This document shows positions 38,071 through 48,210 of a DNA stretch of 64,000 nt, piece after piece. The notes beneath the pieces were generated by a model. The model saw only the letters and a list, made by a program, of their open reading frames with translations. It did not search any database and was not told where the DNA came from. Positions within the stretch are counted from its first letter, which is position 1. Each line of letters begins with the position of its first letter. The stretch lies in the IMG/VR virus record IMGVR_UViG_3300042862_000163, positions 50,521 through 114,520 of that record; one strand, written 5' to 3'. Origin of the DNA: a virus (taxonomy: Duplodnaviria > Caudoviricetes). A program made the position numbers and the translations under genes.

Positions 38071-38614
38071 CTTCTTTTATTTTATCAATATTTAATATTT
38101 CTTTTTCTTCGTCCCAACCATCCCAAACTTCATATTCATCAGTAAATGTAATACCAATCTTATCTTCCCAGAATTCTACAAGATCTGTACTCTTTTTAAA
38201 CACCCTAACTTGTAAACTTATTTCATCTCTACTAAGACCTGATTTTACAACTTTTACTGATTTTGGAAATTCACTTTGAAATGTTTTAGATGTTTTGGAA
38301 TATTTACCCTGCTTGACAAGTTCATAATCTTTATTAAACTTCTCATTAAGTTGATATACCACTACAACAAATCCACCTTCATAATCATAATCCTCGATTA
38401 TATTTTTGGTTCGTTCATATTCATCATCTAAGAATTCTCTAAACTTATCCAGATTTTCAGGCTTAAATAAAATGTAGACAGCATTTTTATACTGTCCATC
38501 TTTTCTATCATCACTTATATATCCATTAATAAATCCATTATTCTTCAATACATCTTTGGGAAACCTCAATGTAGGAATTATAAATATACTAGTTATATTC
38601 TTTTTTATATTCAT
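38063..38614 (-). CDS. Hypothetical protein coupled to the exonuclease
   Basis: D...V..GKYS..S motif; coupled to the upstream gene. Confidence 0.65.
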   Translation of the reverse strand: MNIKKNITSIFIIPTLRFPKDVLKNNGFINGYISDDRKDGQYKNAVYILFKPENLDKFREFLDDEYERTKNIIEDYDYEGGFVVVVYQLNEKFNKDYELVKQGKYSKTSKTFQSEFPKSVKVVKSGLSRDEISLQVRVFKKSTDLVEFWEDKIGITFTDEYEVWDGWDEEKEILNIDKIKEDV

Positions 38615-39669
38615 TATACTCCTTTGATATTTACTATTCCGTTAGCTAAATGATTTTTGTGGCTTATGGTCCACGTTCCTGTTTCTTTACACCATATTAA
38701 TGCAGTGATCAAATCTTCTACACCAGGATAAGTTCTTCCTTTGTGTATAAATCCATGATATGCATCTTCCATATCATCTATATCAATTGTATAGATTAAT
38801 GGTTGATAGTAGTTTGTACTATCACATACAATGAATTTTAAATAATCCACTCTATATCCAAAATACTCACTATCTGGATTACTTGCTAAATGTAACATTG
38901 CATTATAATATAGATAGGCCTGAATATATGCTCTTCTGTAAAGATAATACTCTTCATAGAAATTCTCTACACTCCATGTACATTTTAAATCATAAGGCAT
39001 AATTACTTTTTCAGTGTGATCGATTATCACCTTATCAAGCATGCTCTTAAATTCATGTCCTTGTATATGATAACCTTCAACCATCATTTGATCTATCACT
39101 GTATATCTAGAGCTATTTACTAGATTTACAATTGGTGCTGTAGTGCTATTAGTCTTAAGCTGCTCAACAATCTTCTCAGCAATAGATACTTCCATTGTAT
39201 TGATTACAGTTAAATTCTTGCTTCTAACAGTTCTAATTTCATTATAATAGAGTTCTGCATCAGATCCATAAAACTTACCTATTACAGCTTCATATTTAAT
39301 CTTGAATCCTGATAAGTTATAAGCTTCTAATGATATGTCTGCAAAGTCTCTAGCTACTACACCAAATTCATCTGTAGCATCTCTTGTAACACGATATAAC
39401 GCTTCTGCAAATTCCAACATTAATCCTGTTGGTGTAGATGCACAAGATGACATAAAGAACTTCTCATCAAATAGATGTGGTTCCATAAGTAGGGTCTCGA
39501 CTATTCTACCCATATTAGCTGCTGAACTATCTTTGTCTTCTACCTTTTCTCCAAGAAAATACTTTTTATAATACTTCTTTCTATCTGTTGAGAAATCCTT
39601 CAATGAACTCGATGAATCCATTGGTGTTGCTCTGTATTGAGCTTCTGTTTTTGCTACTCCCTTTATCAT
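38614..39669 (-). CDS. PD-(D/E)xK exonuclease (RecE/ExoVIII-like)
   Basis: SSSSLK, G..VE.LL.EP, KSMLDK...YDLK.T, Y.QA..Y. Confidence 0.75.
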   Translation of the reverse strand: MIKGVAKTEAQYRATPMDSSSSLKDFSTDRKKYYKKYFLGEKVEDKDSSAANMGRIVETLLMEPHLFDEKFFMSSCASTPTGLMLEFAEALYRVTRDATDEFGVVARDFADISLEAYNLSGFKIKYEAVIGKFYGSDAELYYNEIRTVRSKNLTVINTMEVSIAEKIVEQLKTNSTTAPIVNLVNSSRYTVIDQMMVEGYHIQGHEFKSMLDKVIIDHTEKVIMPYDLKCTWSVENFYEEYYLYRRAYIQAYLYYNAMLHLASNPDSEYFGYRVDYLKFIVCDSTNYYQPLIYTIDIDDMEDAYHGFIHKGRTYPGVEDLITALIWCKETGTWTISHKNHLANGIVNIKGV

Positions 39670-39675
39670 ATTTAT

Positions 39676-39882
39676 TTATTTACTTGTTACGTATTCCATC
39701 ATTTCCTCTAACTTTTTTATAACTATTGGAAATTCTTGTTTATTTAAAAAAATAAAATTACTTGTTGTTTTATTATCTTGTTCTAATGCTCGCATTTGTA
39801 TTCCATCCATATTATCTGTTGGTGAAATATTTAGACTTTGATCACATTCTAATTGTATTTTTATTGTTATCCAAGGTTTCAT
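39676..39882 (-). CDS. Hypothetical protein
   Basis: ORF track. Confidence 0.5.
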   Translation of the reverse strand: MKPWITIKIQLECDQSLNISPTDNMDGIQMRALEQDNKTTSNFIFLNKQEFPIVIKKLEEMMEYVTSK

Positions 39883-39888
39883 ATCTAT

Positions 39889-40110
39889 TTATTTAATTAT
39901 TGTTACTCCATTATATGTCTCAATCCAAACATGTGCTCCACAACTCAAAGGTTTATCTGGAGAATAGCATATCTTACTATCTCCTTTAATATCCACTTCA
40001 TGTGCATACTTATTATCCTTATATGTCTTAACAGTTAGAACAGGATTGTTGGTCCCATTCTTTCTGTTGGCCTTAATCACATGAGCGTTTACATGTATTA
40101 TCGTTTTCAT
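39889..40110 (-). CDS. Conserved-type phage hypothetical protein
   Basis: IHVN.H.I..N...PV...Y.PDKPLSCGA.VWIET. Confidence 0.65.
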   Translation of the reverse strand: MKTIIHVNAHVIKANRKNGTNNPVLTVKTYKDNKYAHEVDIKGDSKICYSPDKPLSCGAHVWIETYNGVTIIK

Positions 40111-40465
40111 CTGTTTTAATTTTTAATATTTGATTAGTTAAATATTCTAATGTATAAGCATATGCTTCTTCTGATTCATAACAATATTCTATTCCTATTT
40201 TTTTAAATAAATAAACAATAGCATGAAATGATTCATGAGCTACAATACCTGGATTATCTATATCATCTTTAAATCGTATAATAATACATCCAGTTTTTAG
40301 TTTAAATGTAGTTGCTATACTTGTTTGATTTGCAAAGAATTTATCAAATCTTTTCTTAGATATATTTTCTTTAATCTCTTCATAAAGATCATCATCTGAT
40401 TGCCCTATAGATACTACTATATCATGTCCATATACATCTAGTGGTATTATTTTAAATACGTTCAT
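40073..40465 (-). CDS. HExxH metallopeptidase-like protein
   Basis: VAHESFHA...EEAYAY. Confidence 0.65.
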   Translation of the reverse strand: MNVFKIIPLDVYGHDIVVSIGQSDDDLYEEIKENISKKRFDKFFANQTSIATTFKLKTGCIIIRFKDDIDNPGIVAHESFHAIVYLFKKIGIEYCYESEEAYAYTLEYLTNQILKIKTDENDNTCKRSCD

Positions 40466-40627
40466 ATTATTTATAGATTAATATTGCACTATATTTGTAA
40501 ATCTCTTTTTGGTGAGGTACATGTACTAAAGACATAGATACAACAGTCTTCACTATTTTATCATCTAACAATTGCTGTAACTCTCTATTTATAATAAAGA
40601 GATTTTCACTCTCCCATATCCATGTTT

Positions 40628-40858
40628 TCATAATGTTTGTTTAAATGCTTCTATAATTTGTGGGTAAAGAGCTCTTACCTCCCTTGGTACTCTACTGAAG
40701 AACCATCTAACTTCTAGTTCATACTGATCTCCATTTGGATCTAGTCCTTGTGGATGTATTAACCAGAAATAATGATACTTACCTTCGTGCTCTATGTGAC
40801 CTTCATGCCACACCTCATTAAATGAGGGAGTCTTGTTGATTGTTATTGCGTTAGTCAT
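40628..40858 (-). CDS. Hypothetical protein
   Basis: ORF track. Confidence 0.55.
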   Translation of the reverse strand: MTNAITINKTPSFNEVWHEGHIEHEGKYHYFWLIHPQGLDPNGDQYELEVRWFFSRVPREVRALYPQIIEAFKQTL

Positions 40859-41267
40859 CTATTGTTATATTATTTGTTATTCTATTAAACATTTCAATGA
40901 ACATAATATCTTCCATCCATGGAGCAATTTTACCTGTCATGTCTTTTAAAATATTAGATATATGTTTATTTGACATATCTGCTACTGATTTATATGATAA
41001 TGGTTGTAATCCATCTTTACCTCTATTTCCCCAATGAGCAGCTGACCTGTTCATTTCATGATCTTCTGATAGATATATAGTAGAACTAATATCAACTAAA
41101 TCAAGATCTGCTCCTCCATAGCGTTGATATTCATTACCACCATCTACCATTGTCTTATTCTCACATTCACATGTTTTGTAATCATGTCTATGATATGATG
41201 TTAAGACCTGTCCACAGCTTTTACACTGTACCCTATTCAGTATTATTTGATCTTCTAGTCTGTTCAT
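40851..41267 (-). CDS. Zn-binding hypothetical protein
   Basis: CKSC...S.HRHDY.TC.C...VDGG; WG.RGKDG. Confidence 0.65.
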   Translation of the reverse strand: MNRLEDQIILNRVQCKSCGQVLTSYHRHDYKTCECENKTMVDGGNEYQRYGGADLDLVDISSTIYLSEDHEMNRSAAHWGNRGKDGLQPLSYKSVADMSNKHISNILKDMTGKIAPWMEDIMFIEMFNRITNNITIDD

Positions 41268-41390
41268 AACCTAATATTTTTTTTAAATGTTTATACAATC
41301 TATTTTCTCTACAATAAGAACACGACCCATTGTTTCTACATTGACGACTAACAGCTTTAGCTCCTGTGAACTTTTTCTTTTTGGTTCTGC

Positions 41391-41813
41391 TCATCGGTCA
41401 CATTCAACAAATGCTTCTGGATATTCTTTTAAAGCTTTTAAATATTTTTCTATCCAAGGTACAAAATTATGATACATTCCCCAACCATTTGGACTATTAA
41501 ATAGCTCATAATATTCAGGTCTAGCTTTCATGTCTTTCAATCCTTTTTCTATAATAGGAATTATTTCATGAGCTTTTACAGGATTAGCTTCTTCAAACGC
41601 ATACTGAGCATTATAATCACTTTCAGGAATATTATATCCTTCTTTTAATTCATATGGTCTCCATAGTGCTTCATATAATCCAGCAGCTTCAGCCATCTTT
41701 CCTAGATTATGTGTAATGTTTGAACTATACAAAGATTCTCTTTGTGGTTCTAATGTTTTACCTTCGTCATAAGTGACATGGTAATTTCTATATAATGTTA
41801 CGTCTAAACTCAT
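41391..41813 (-). CDS. Hypothetical phage protein
   Basis: MSLDV..NITHNL..MA..NGWG.Y..YP. Confidence 0.65.
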   Translation of the reverse strand: MSLDVTLYRNYHVTYDEGKTLEPQRESLYSSNITHNLGKMAEAAGLYEALWRPYELKEGYNIPESDYNAQYAFEEANPVKAHEIIPIIEKGLKDMKARPEYYELFNSPNGWGMYHNFVPWIEKYLKALKEYPEAFVECDR

Positions 41814-42217
41814 ATTTTTTTCTTTTTAGATTGTTTAAATAAATTAGTTTTGATTGTGTGATCTGGTTTACAGAGAATCTGATAACTGGAAATATCTTCT
41901 TTTGTTAATCTTTGTATAAAAGGAACTATATCATCATAGTTATTTAAACTTCCTGCTTCTTCTATGTGATCAATTTCTACATCTGCTCGTTTGAACCACT
42001 GCTTACAATGATTACATTGATATTCTTTTTTAATACGTTTATTTGTACTTTCAGAAGGTCTGCTGGATGCTTCTAATGCTAATTGCATAGGTTTCCAATA
42101 TCTAAATCCACTTCTTAATATACTACGTATTTTACTAAAATATTGGCTCTCTGTCATGGTTCCTCCATTTCTAGAGCAAACAGTTGTTGCTTTTCTTTTT
42201 ACTACTCTCTTTGCCAT
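41810..42217 (-). CDS. HNH endonuclease
   Basis: YQCNHC...VEIDHI...YQILCKPDH. Confidence 0.8.
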   Translation of the reverse strand: MAKRVVKRKATTVCSRNGGTMTESQYFSKIRSILRSGFRYWKPMQLALEASSRPSESTNKRIKKEYQCNHCKQWFKRADVEIDHIEEAGSLNNYDDIVPFIQRLTKEDISSYQILCKPDHTIKTNLFKQSKKKKI

Positions 42218-42230
42218 ATTGTTATAATTA

Positions 42231-42269
42231 AGTTGGGCTACAAAGTTATGAAAAAATTGTAACCCAACT
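42231..42269 (-). promoter_or_regulatory. Promoter-like TAACTTTG within a 13-bp inverted repeat
   Basis: AGTTGGGCTACAA-13 nt-TTGTAACCCAACT. Confidence 0.6.
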
Positions 42270-42279
42270 ATATTATTTA

Positions 42280-43818
42280 TTACTTAATCGTAGTTACACG
42301 ATCAACAATCTTAGCTTTCATCTCACTTAGATTCAATACAATTGTATTGATTTCTCTAGCTGAAATAGCTGGCATGTTGAATTCATATTTCTTAGACTCT
42401 GTAGCAAATCCTTCTTTAGCTTTCTCTAAAAGAGATTCTAATTCACGAATAGCATAATCTTCATCTAATTGTAATGTATCAAACTCACCATCATGTAATA
42501 TTCTAGTAGCTTCATCTCTTGGAACAGTCATGATTGGAAGATATTCAAAACATCTACCTTTATGTTTACCAATACCTACTACCTTCATAGGATTAATAAG
42601 AACAATTACTGATTGATCTCCACATCCTACATAGTGAATTTGATCAGAAGTAAAGTGTAATCCTGCAGCAGCACAATCTTGTGTACTCCAGTTACAATCT
42701 TCTTGTGGCATACTTGTAACTTGTCCAATACGAATATCAAATGTTTTGGTCCAGTCATCAGTGAATCTATTCTCTTCTCTATTAGGAAGATCTAAATACA
42801 ATTCTGTTAATCCACCAATTCTTTGACCATAGTCTATTGGAACTTGTACAGTGTATTCATATTCTTCTACTTCTCCTGTTCCATTACATGTTTCACAATC
42901 TTCCCAGTTTTCATCTTCATTTTCTTCATCATAATCTTCGTACCATCCACCTGCACCATTACATTCTGGACAATCTGTAGATGTGTGTGTTTCAATTTTT
43001 GTTAAATGACCTTTATCTACAAGTTTATACTCACCATCTTGTAAGAATACAATGTAATTATCTGGATTCTTTTTCCATACAGCTTTCACTTTATTATAAG
43101 AGTTACTTACAAAGTGAACTAGTTCTGGAGATCCATGAAGTGTTACAACGTTTCTTAACGCTACAACAAATCCTTGTCTAGTAATTCTAAAGCTATTCTC
43201 TTCTAAGAATCTGTATAGCTCATGTGCCACTTCAGCTCTTGGGTTTAAACAACACCACATGAAGAAGTTTTTCAATGCTACATAATCATCATTTTGGTTA
43301 AGAGCTTCTTGAACATTTCCAAATCCTGTATAATATTTTACATCATTTACAACTATGATGAATCTTTCTACTAATAATGGAGGAAGACTTCTAGATGTAC
43401 CTTTTAGATACACAGTGTTACCTTCTACAGTGAAATCAGGAAGTGCACCAAGTAATTCAATACCTTGTTGTAAAGCTTGAATTCTAACTGTTTCTTGTCT
43501 AACTGCTTCTAAATCAGCCATCACCTCACGAGAAGACATAATTATATCTATCTCATGCTCATCTGTAGCATTACTTACAGCATAGAAATCTTCTTCTGTT
43601 GCTGCAGGTTTACTTAATACATCACCATTATTCAACACCACGGTGAGTGTATCATTAACCAACTTCATTGTCATATAAGGTTTAACCTTAGCATGACATT
43701 GTTGTTCTACAGGAACTTCTTGCTCCATCAAGCTCTCTAACTTGTTAGCCACCACTTTACCAATTGCATTCTCTGCTGTTTCTTTGAACCAGTCTAACGA
43801 TAAAAATTTACTACTCAT
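42280..43818 (-). CDS. rIIB: rIIB-like protein with an inserted CxxCxGxG zinc finger
   Basis: NFF..C..NP...ELY.FL, IT..G..VA.R.V, C..GLH, LINP..VV, KGRC.EY; follows rIIA. Confidence 0.8.
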   Translation of the reverse strand: MSSKFLSLDWFKETAENAIGKVVANKLESLMEQEVPVEQQCHAKVKPYMTMKLVNDTLTVVLNNGDVLSKPAATEEDFYAVSNATDEHEIDIIMSSREVMADLEAVRQETVRIQALQQGIELLGALPDFTVEGNTVYLKGTSRSLPPLLVERFIIVVNDVKYYTGFGNVQEALNQNDDYVALKNFFMWCCLNPRAEVAHELYRFLEENSFRITRQGFVVALRNVVTLHGSPELVHFVSNSYNKVKAVWKKNPDNYIVFLQDGEYKLVDKGHLTKIETHTSTDCPECNGAGGWYEDYDEENEDENWEDCETCNGTGEVEEYEYTVQVPIDYGQRIGGLTELYLDLPNREENRFTDDWTKTFDIRIGQVTSMPQEDCNWSTQDCAAAGLHFTSDQIHYVGCGDQSVIVLINPMKVVGIGKHKGRCFEYLPIMTVPRDEATRILHDGEFDTLQLDEDYAIRELESLLEKAKEGFATESKKYEFNMPAISAREINTIVLNLSEMKAKIVDRVTTIK

Positions 43819-43852
43819 CTTATTTATTTATTTAATTGTTAATTGTTAAAAG

Positions 43853-43874
43853 AGAGGGACACTGATGTCCCTCT
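43853..43874 (-). terminator. Stem-loop (terminator or processing site) between rIIA and rIIB
   Basis: AGAGGGACA-ctga-TGTCCCTCT, followed by CTTTT on the minus strand. Confidence 0.6.
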
Positions 43875-43880
43875 GTTAAT

Positions 43881-46181
43881 TTATACTAATGCTTCTATTG
43901 ATTCTTCTGTTAATATCTCATCATTAATTCTGATGTTATAATGACTTAAATTCACTCTATGTTTGTAATACTTGAACAAATCAGTCATCACATTAATCAT
44001 TGGATCTTTATCATGTGTATATGATAATCTTGCACACACAGGCTCCAAGAATAAAAGTTTTTCAAATATTTCTTTCATTTGTAAATACTCTGGATAGATG
44101 TCTTGATCAAACAAATTGTGTTTCTCTGCTACTGTTAACATAGCTTTGCTTAATGATTCATCTTGTTGAACATAGTTAGCACGTCTATACTTAGCCAACA
44201 CTTTTAATTTTGTAGCTAAATCAGTAGATACATACTCAAGAGTATCAACTTTGTTAAAGATTGATGCATTCTTTGACATCATGTTGTAAATCAATATTGA
44301 TGTAACCATTCTTTTAAATGGTGCAGTTTTACCTTCCATAAATTTGTCATAAGATATTAAATTGTGAATTTCTAATTGTTCAACTATTTTCAACTCTCTA
44401 TCAGAGAATGTGATGACTTCCATTTTTTGTTTACCAATCATCATTCCATAAAGAGCATCAAGTTTATAAGCATCTTCATGTTTAGCATACACTTTTAAAT
44501 GCTTTGCTTTGTGAAGATCTTCTAACTTGTATAGTTGTGAATCAAACTTACAATTTTTACCACCATTATACCTAGCTAAAGGTACACCTAATTTACAAAC
44601 TATCTCTCCTTGAAGTTTTAATCTTTTACCACTTGATATTGAAGCTTTAGCAACTTTTGCTTTCTTTTTAGAATCAATAAAGTCTTGTGGCACCTCAAGA
44701 TCATCAAGATTGATGAAATTTGCTTCAACCAAAGACATGATATGTTGATATTCTTTGATTACAGTTCTCCATTTTGCTTTTGGAACTTTATTCAATTGCA
44801 AAAGATGATAATATGTATCAAGTCTATACTTAGCAGCAACACCTAATGTCATAGCAGGAGCTGGTTTAACTAAGAATGTACGTCCATATTGTTCACATGT
44901 AGCTCTTAAATAATCTTTCTTAATACCAGCAACTTTATCATGATATACATACACTACAGCTGATCCATCACATACACTTTGTAAGTTGTATCCATACACA
45001 TAATGTTTGTCTACATTCTGTATTCTTCTATTGTTTACATAGAATTTAGCAGGAAATGCTTCAACTAACATGTTTTGTTTATATGATTTATACAATGTAG
45101 GGAAATCTAACAACTTAACTCCTTCAATTTTAGGAATTTGTGGTGCTATAGTAGAAAACTTAACAAATGGTTCAATGTTTCTTGTGAATCCACTAGCCAT
45201 CTCTACATAATATCCACTTTTCTCAATATGATTAATCACAGACTTGATGTCATTTCCTTCAGCAATGTTATCATTATACTTAGTGACAAGATAGTTTGCT
45301 ACTTGAGCTAGTTTATCAGTAATAATCTTCTTGGCCTCTGGTGTATATCTAATGCTCTCTCTATTTGGTGTTGGAAATAATCCATCACTCAAAGAAAATC
45401 TAAGAGCTAAAGGAAAATAAATTGTGTGTATTCCCATTTTTCCAAAATCAAGAGGATAATAAACATTGTCTAAACATAAGTGTAGATTTTTCTCTGTAGA
45501 TAATTCAGAAAACTGAAAATGTTCATGTCTACTGATAACAAAATCATTAACAATAGAAGAATCTTCTGGTACATCAAAATATACACTTTCAAAATAACAC
45601 AATTGCTCTTTGATCTTCTTCATGAACTGATACTTGTCTGAGTACTTAACAGGAATAATAATCTTTACACCATTGTGCTCTTCTGTCTCTTTTTCATATA
45701 AAAGATCGATAGTGTTAGTATCTTCTCCTTCATACATCATATACTTACGCTCCATACCATCTTTTCTACATACAAAGTAGAAACTACTAGAATATGCTAA
45801 AGGGGCTTTAAAACCTAAGCCCATCATTCCTAATTCTGTAGCACTATTTCTTTTAGTAGATTTACCATATTTACTAATAATGTTACGTACATCATCAGCA
45901 TCTAAACCAATACCAAAATCTTCTACACAAAATTCATAATTGTTCTGTGTAGATGCTTTAAATGAAACTACAATTGGTGTGTCCACACCAGCTCTTCTAT
46001 GGCTATCAAGTGCATTACTTGCACATTCTCTGACAGCAGAGCCTATATCATCAGAATATAAATTCTTACTTAACATCTGCATCAAAATTTGTGCAGAATC
46101 TAAGTCTAAGCTCATACCAATTGTTTCTTGTGATTGTCCCTCAATTAGGACGTTTGCTTCTGTTTGCTTTTCTAATATCAT
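43881..46181 (-). CDS. rIIA: rIIA-like protein (N-terminal GHKL/Hsp90-type ATPase)
   Basis: LYSD...VRE..SNA.DSH, EDFGIG, YGKSTK, G.MGLGFKAPLAY, P.RE. Confidence 0.88.
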   Translation of the reverse strand: MILEKQTEANVLIEGQSQETIGMSLDLDSAQILMQMLSKNLYSDDIGSAVRECASNALDSHRRAGVDTPIVVSFKASTQNNYEFCVEDFGIGLDADDVRNIISKYGKSTKRNSATELGMMGLGFKAPLAYSSSFYFVCRKDGMERKYMMYEGEDTNTIDLLYEKETEEHNGVKIIIPVKYSDKYQFMKKIKEQLCYFESVYFDVPEDSSIVNDFVISRHEHFQFSELSTEKNLHLCLDNVYYPLDFGKMGIHTIYFPLALRFSLSDGLFPTPNRESIRYTPEAKKIITDKLAQVANYLVTKYNDNIAEGNDIKSVINHIEKSGYYVEMASGFTRNIEPFVKFSTIAPQIPKIEGVKLLDFPTLYKSYKQNMLVEAFPAKFYVNNRRIQNVDKHYVYGYNLQSVCDGSAVVYVYHDKVAGIKKDYLRATCEQYGRTFLVKPAPAMTLGVAAKYRLDTYYHLLQLNKVPKAKWRTVIKEYQHIMSLVEANFINLDDLEVPQDFIDSKKKAKVAKASISSGKRLKLQGEIVCKLGVPLARYNGGKNCKFDSQLYKLEDLHKAKHLKVYAKHEDAYKLDALYGMMIGKQKMEVITFSDRELKIVEQLEIHNLISYDKFMEGKTAPFKRMVTSILIYNMMSKNASIFNKVDTLEYVSTDLATKLKVLAKYRRANYVQQDESLSKAMLTVAEKHNLFDQDIYPEYLQMKEIFEKLLFLEPVCARLSYTHDKDPMINVMTDLFKYYKHRVNLSHYNIRINDEILTEESIEALV

Positions 46182-46191
46182 TTTTCTAAAT

Positions 46192-46401
46192 TTAAAGTGA
46201 GTTTAATAATTCTTCTTTTGTTCTAAATATATCTGTATCATAAAATGATATCTCTGATTTTTCTATTCTGTAACTATCTCTATATGCAGCTTCTTTAATT
46301 CTTATTCCTGGTGAAACTAGAGAAATGAGATTATTAAATGGTCTATTGTTAAGCATTACCCAAACATCGTCCCCTATGTCAAATTTTGTTTCTATTATCA
46401 T
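46192..46401 (-). CDS. Hypothetical protein (ETKFDIGD.VW...F.TKEELL)
   Basis: Start refined to ATG 46401. Confidence 0.6.
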   Translation of the reverse strand: MIIETKFDIGDDVWVMLNNRPFNNLISLVSPGIRIKEAAYRDSYRIEKSEISFYDTDIFRTKEELLNSL

Positions 46402-46412
46402 TTTTTCTAGTT

Positions 46413-46667
46413 TTAAATTGTTGTTCTTTTTATTAACCAAAGATCATTGTAATTAAGATTTTGATACATTGTTCTCACTACTGTTTGATCATCTAAATTA
46501 TAGACATTCATAATATCTACTTTACTACTACTGTAGTGTCCACTATATCCTTTTTTACTTGCTACTAATGGTCTAGTAATTCTCACTCTTCTAAGACTAC
46601 CGTTACTTGCATAAATAACTTCATCACCTACAAGTAGATTATCTACTTTAATAATTTGATTTTCCAT
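46413..46667 (-). CDS. Hypothetical protein
   Basis: ORF track. Confidence 0.55.
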   Translation of the reverse strand: MENQIIKVDNLLVGDEVIYASNGSLRRVRITRPLVASKKGYSGHYSSSKVDIMNVYNLDDQTVVRTMYQNLNYNDLWLIKRTTI

Positions 46668-46691
46668 AATTTTAATTGTTTAATTGTTACA

Positions 46692-47411
46692 TCAAAAAGG
46701 TACATCAATGGGAATCCATTGAATACCAAATCCGTTACTTTCTAATAATAATACATCTAATTTACTAAATACTCCTTCAGTATCCCATTCAGTATGTTTA
46801 TAAGCTGCTGAAGCTGGATGACTAATTTCAAATACATGTGTAAAGATTCCTGTATATTTTTTATACTTAGCTGCATCCTTACCAAGAAATAGTATTGGTA
46901 CACCTAAATGATTAATAATCTCTTCGAATAGATATTTAACAAATGGTTCCCATATATCTAAATGGCTTCCTGCTTTGTTAATCTCTACAGTTAGAGATGC
47001 GTTGAACATTAACACTCCTTGGTTTGCTAAGTAGCTTACGTCTGGATCTTTTATAATGCTTAAGTTTAATCCATCATATAGATCTCTCTCAACAGCACCA
47101 TAATATTGTTCCAATGATGGTTGTAATTGTTCTGTAATAGAACATCCCATAAGTAATCCATCTGCAACAGGAGCATCATTCTTAAGTGTATGATATGGTG
47201 CCATACCAACCATTACAACTTTTAGGTCATCCAATGAGGTTTCTTTAAAACATCTCCAAACATGCATAGAGAGAGGAGCAACTCTTTTGCCCCTCTTGCT
47301 CTCTGATTTTAGAAATGCATAAATCTTATCACATTGTTCACTCTCTATAAATGGACGCATTTTAGCATGCCATGATGGGTGAAACTGTTCTTTGAAGTTT
47401 TCCCATTTCAT
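46692..47411 (-). CDS. ung: Family-1 uracil-DNA glycosylase-like protein with an atypical active site
   Basis: LKVV.VGMAPYH (for GQDPYH), PSL, QGVL.FN.SLTV..AGSH..W, LG..A, SHPA. Confidence 0.85.
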   Translation of the reverse strand: MKWENFKEQFHPSWHAKMRPFIESEQCDKIYAFLKSESKRGKRVAPLSMHVWRCFKETSLDDLKVVMVGMAPYHTLKNDAPVADGLLMGCSITEQLQPSLEQYYGAVERDLYDGLNLSIIKDPDVSYLANQGVLMFNASLTVEINKAGSHLDIWEPFVKYLFEEIINHLGVPILFLGKDAAKYKKYTGIFTHVFEISHPASAAYKHTEWDTEGVFSKLDVLLLESNGFGIQWIPIDVPF

Positions 47412-47575
47412 AATCCTTTTGCGTCTAAGATGTCTTCTAATCGTGCTACTTCATCATTCAAGTTCTCTATTTCTTTTTCTTGATCATCAATTATATCTAA
47501 TAATTGTTGAATCACCGAATCAACTTCTGTTTTAACAGAGTCAATGTCCCTTTTTAAACTTCTTGATATATTCAT
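47408..47575 (-). CDS. Small coiled-coil protein
   Basis: Start refined to ATG 47575. Confidence 0.55.
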   Translation of the reverse strand: MNISRSLKRDIDSVKTEVDSVIQQLLDIIDDQEKEIENLNDEVARLEDILDAKGL

Positions 47576-47577
47576 AA

Positions 47578-47766
47578 TTATCTTTGTGTTAATGATATTT
47601 TTCTGTGAAAGAATCTTGTTAAAATAGCTTCTAAGTTCTCTATTCCTATACATTCTATGTCATCATCATCTATAGTTGATAACCATTCAATGTTTTCTTT
47701 AATTTCTTCTTCTAGTAGTTCTAACTGTTCATCTTTTACTACCATAAAATCTGTATTGTATTTCAT
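47578..47766 (-). CDS. Hypothetical protein
   Basis: ORF track. Confidence 0.55.
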   Translation of the reverse strand: MKYNTDFMVVKDEQLELLEEEIKENIEWLSTIDDDDIECIGIENLEAILTRFFHRKISLTQR

Positions 47767-47993
47767 AATCCTTTTTCTTTTTTATATATTTCTAATAGTT
47801 CTTTCATATCTGATATTTTAGTCCATCTCTCATCGTGTATCCAATCATTTACTCTCCATTCTGCAAACTCAATAGCATAGACATCAAATATTTTAACTAA
47901 ACAATCTGCTGCTGGTTGTTTGTCTGGTTCACAATCTGATTCATCTTCGGAATACTCATAACATAATTCTTTTAATGTTGCTTGTTTTCTCAT
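47763..47993 (-). CDS. Small paralog family A (AI.FAEW...KELL..YKKEKGL)
   Basis: Similar to 47990-48208. Confidence 0.65.
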   Translation of the reverse strand: MRKQATLKELCYEYSEDESDCEPDKQPAADCLVKIFDVYAIEFAEWRVNDWIHDERWTKISDMKELLEIYKKEKGL

Positions 47994-48208
47994 AATCCTT
48001 TTTCTTTTTTGTAGACTTTTAATAGTTCTTTTGAAGTTTTAGCGTCTTTATCATAATCCCAAGCAATCCAAAAATCTCCATTATCATAATAATTAACTCT
48101 TAACCATTCTGCAAAATCAATAGCAAATTCATCTGCTACTTCTACCAAGCCTTCAAGGTAGTTTGTGTGATAAGGCTCTACTGCCTCAAATTTTTGTTCT
48201 AGTGTCAT
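47990..48208 (-). CDS. Small paralog family A
   Basis: Similar to 47763-47993. Confidence 0.65.
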   Translation of the reverse strand: MTLEQKFEAVEPYHTNYLEGLVEVADEFAIDFAEWLRVNYYDNGDFWIAWDYDKDAKTSKELLKVYKKEKGL

Positions 48209-48210
48209 AA

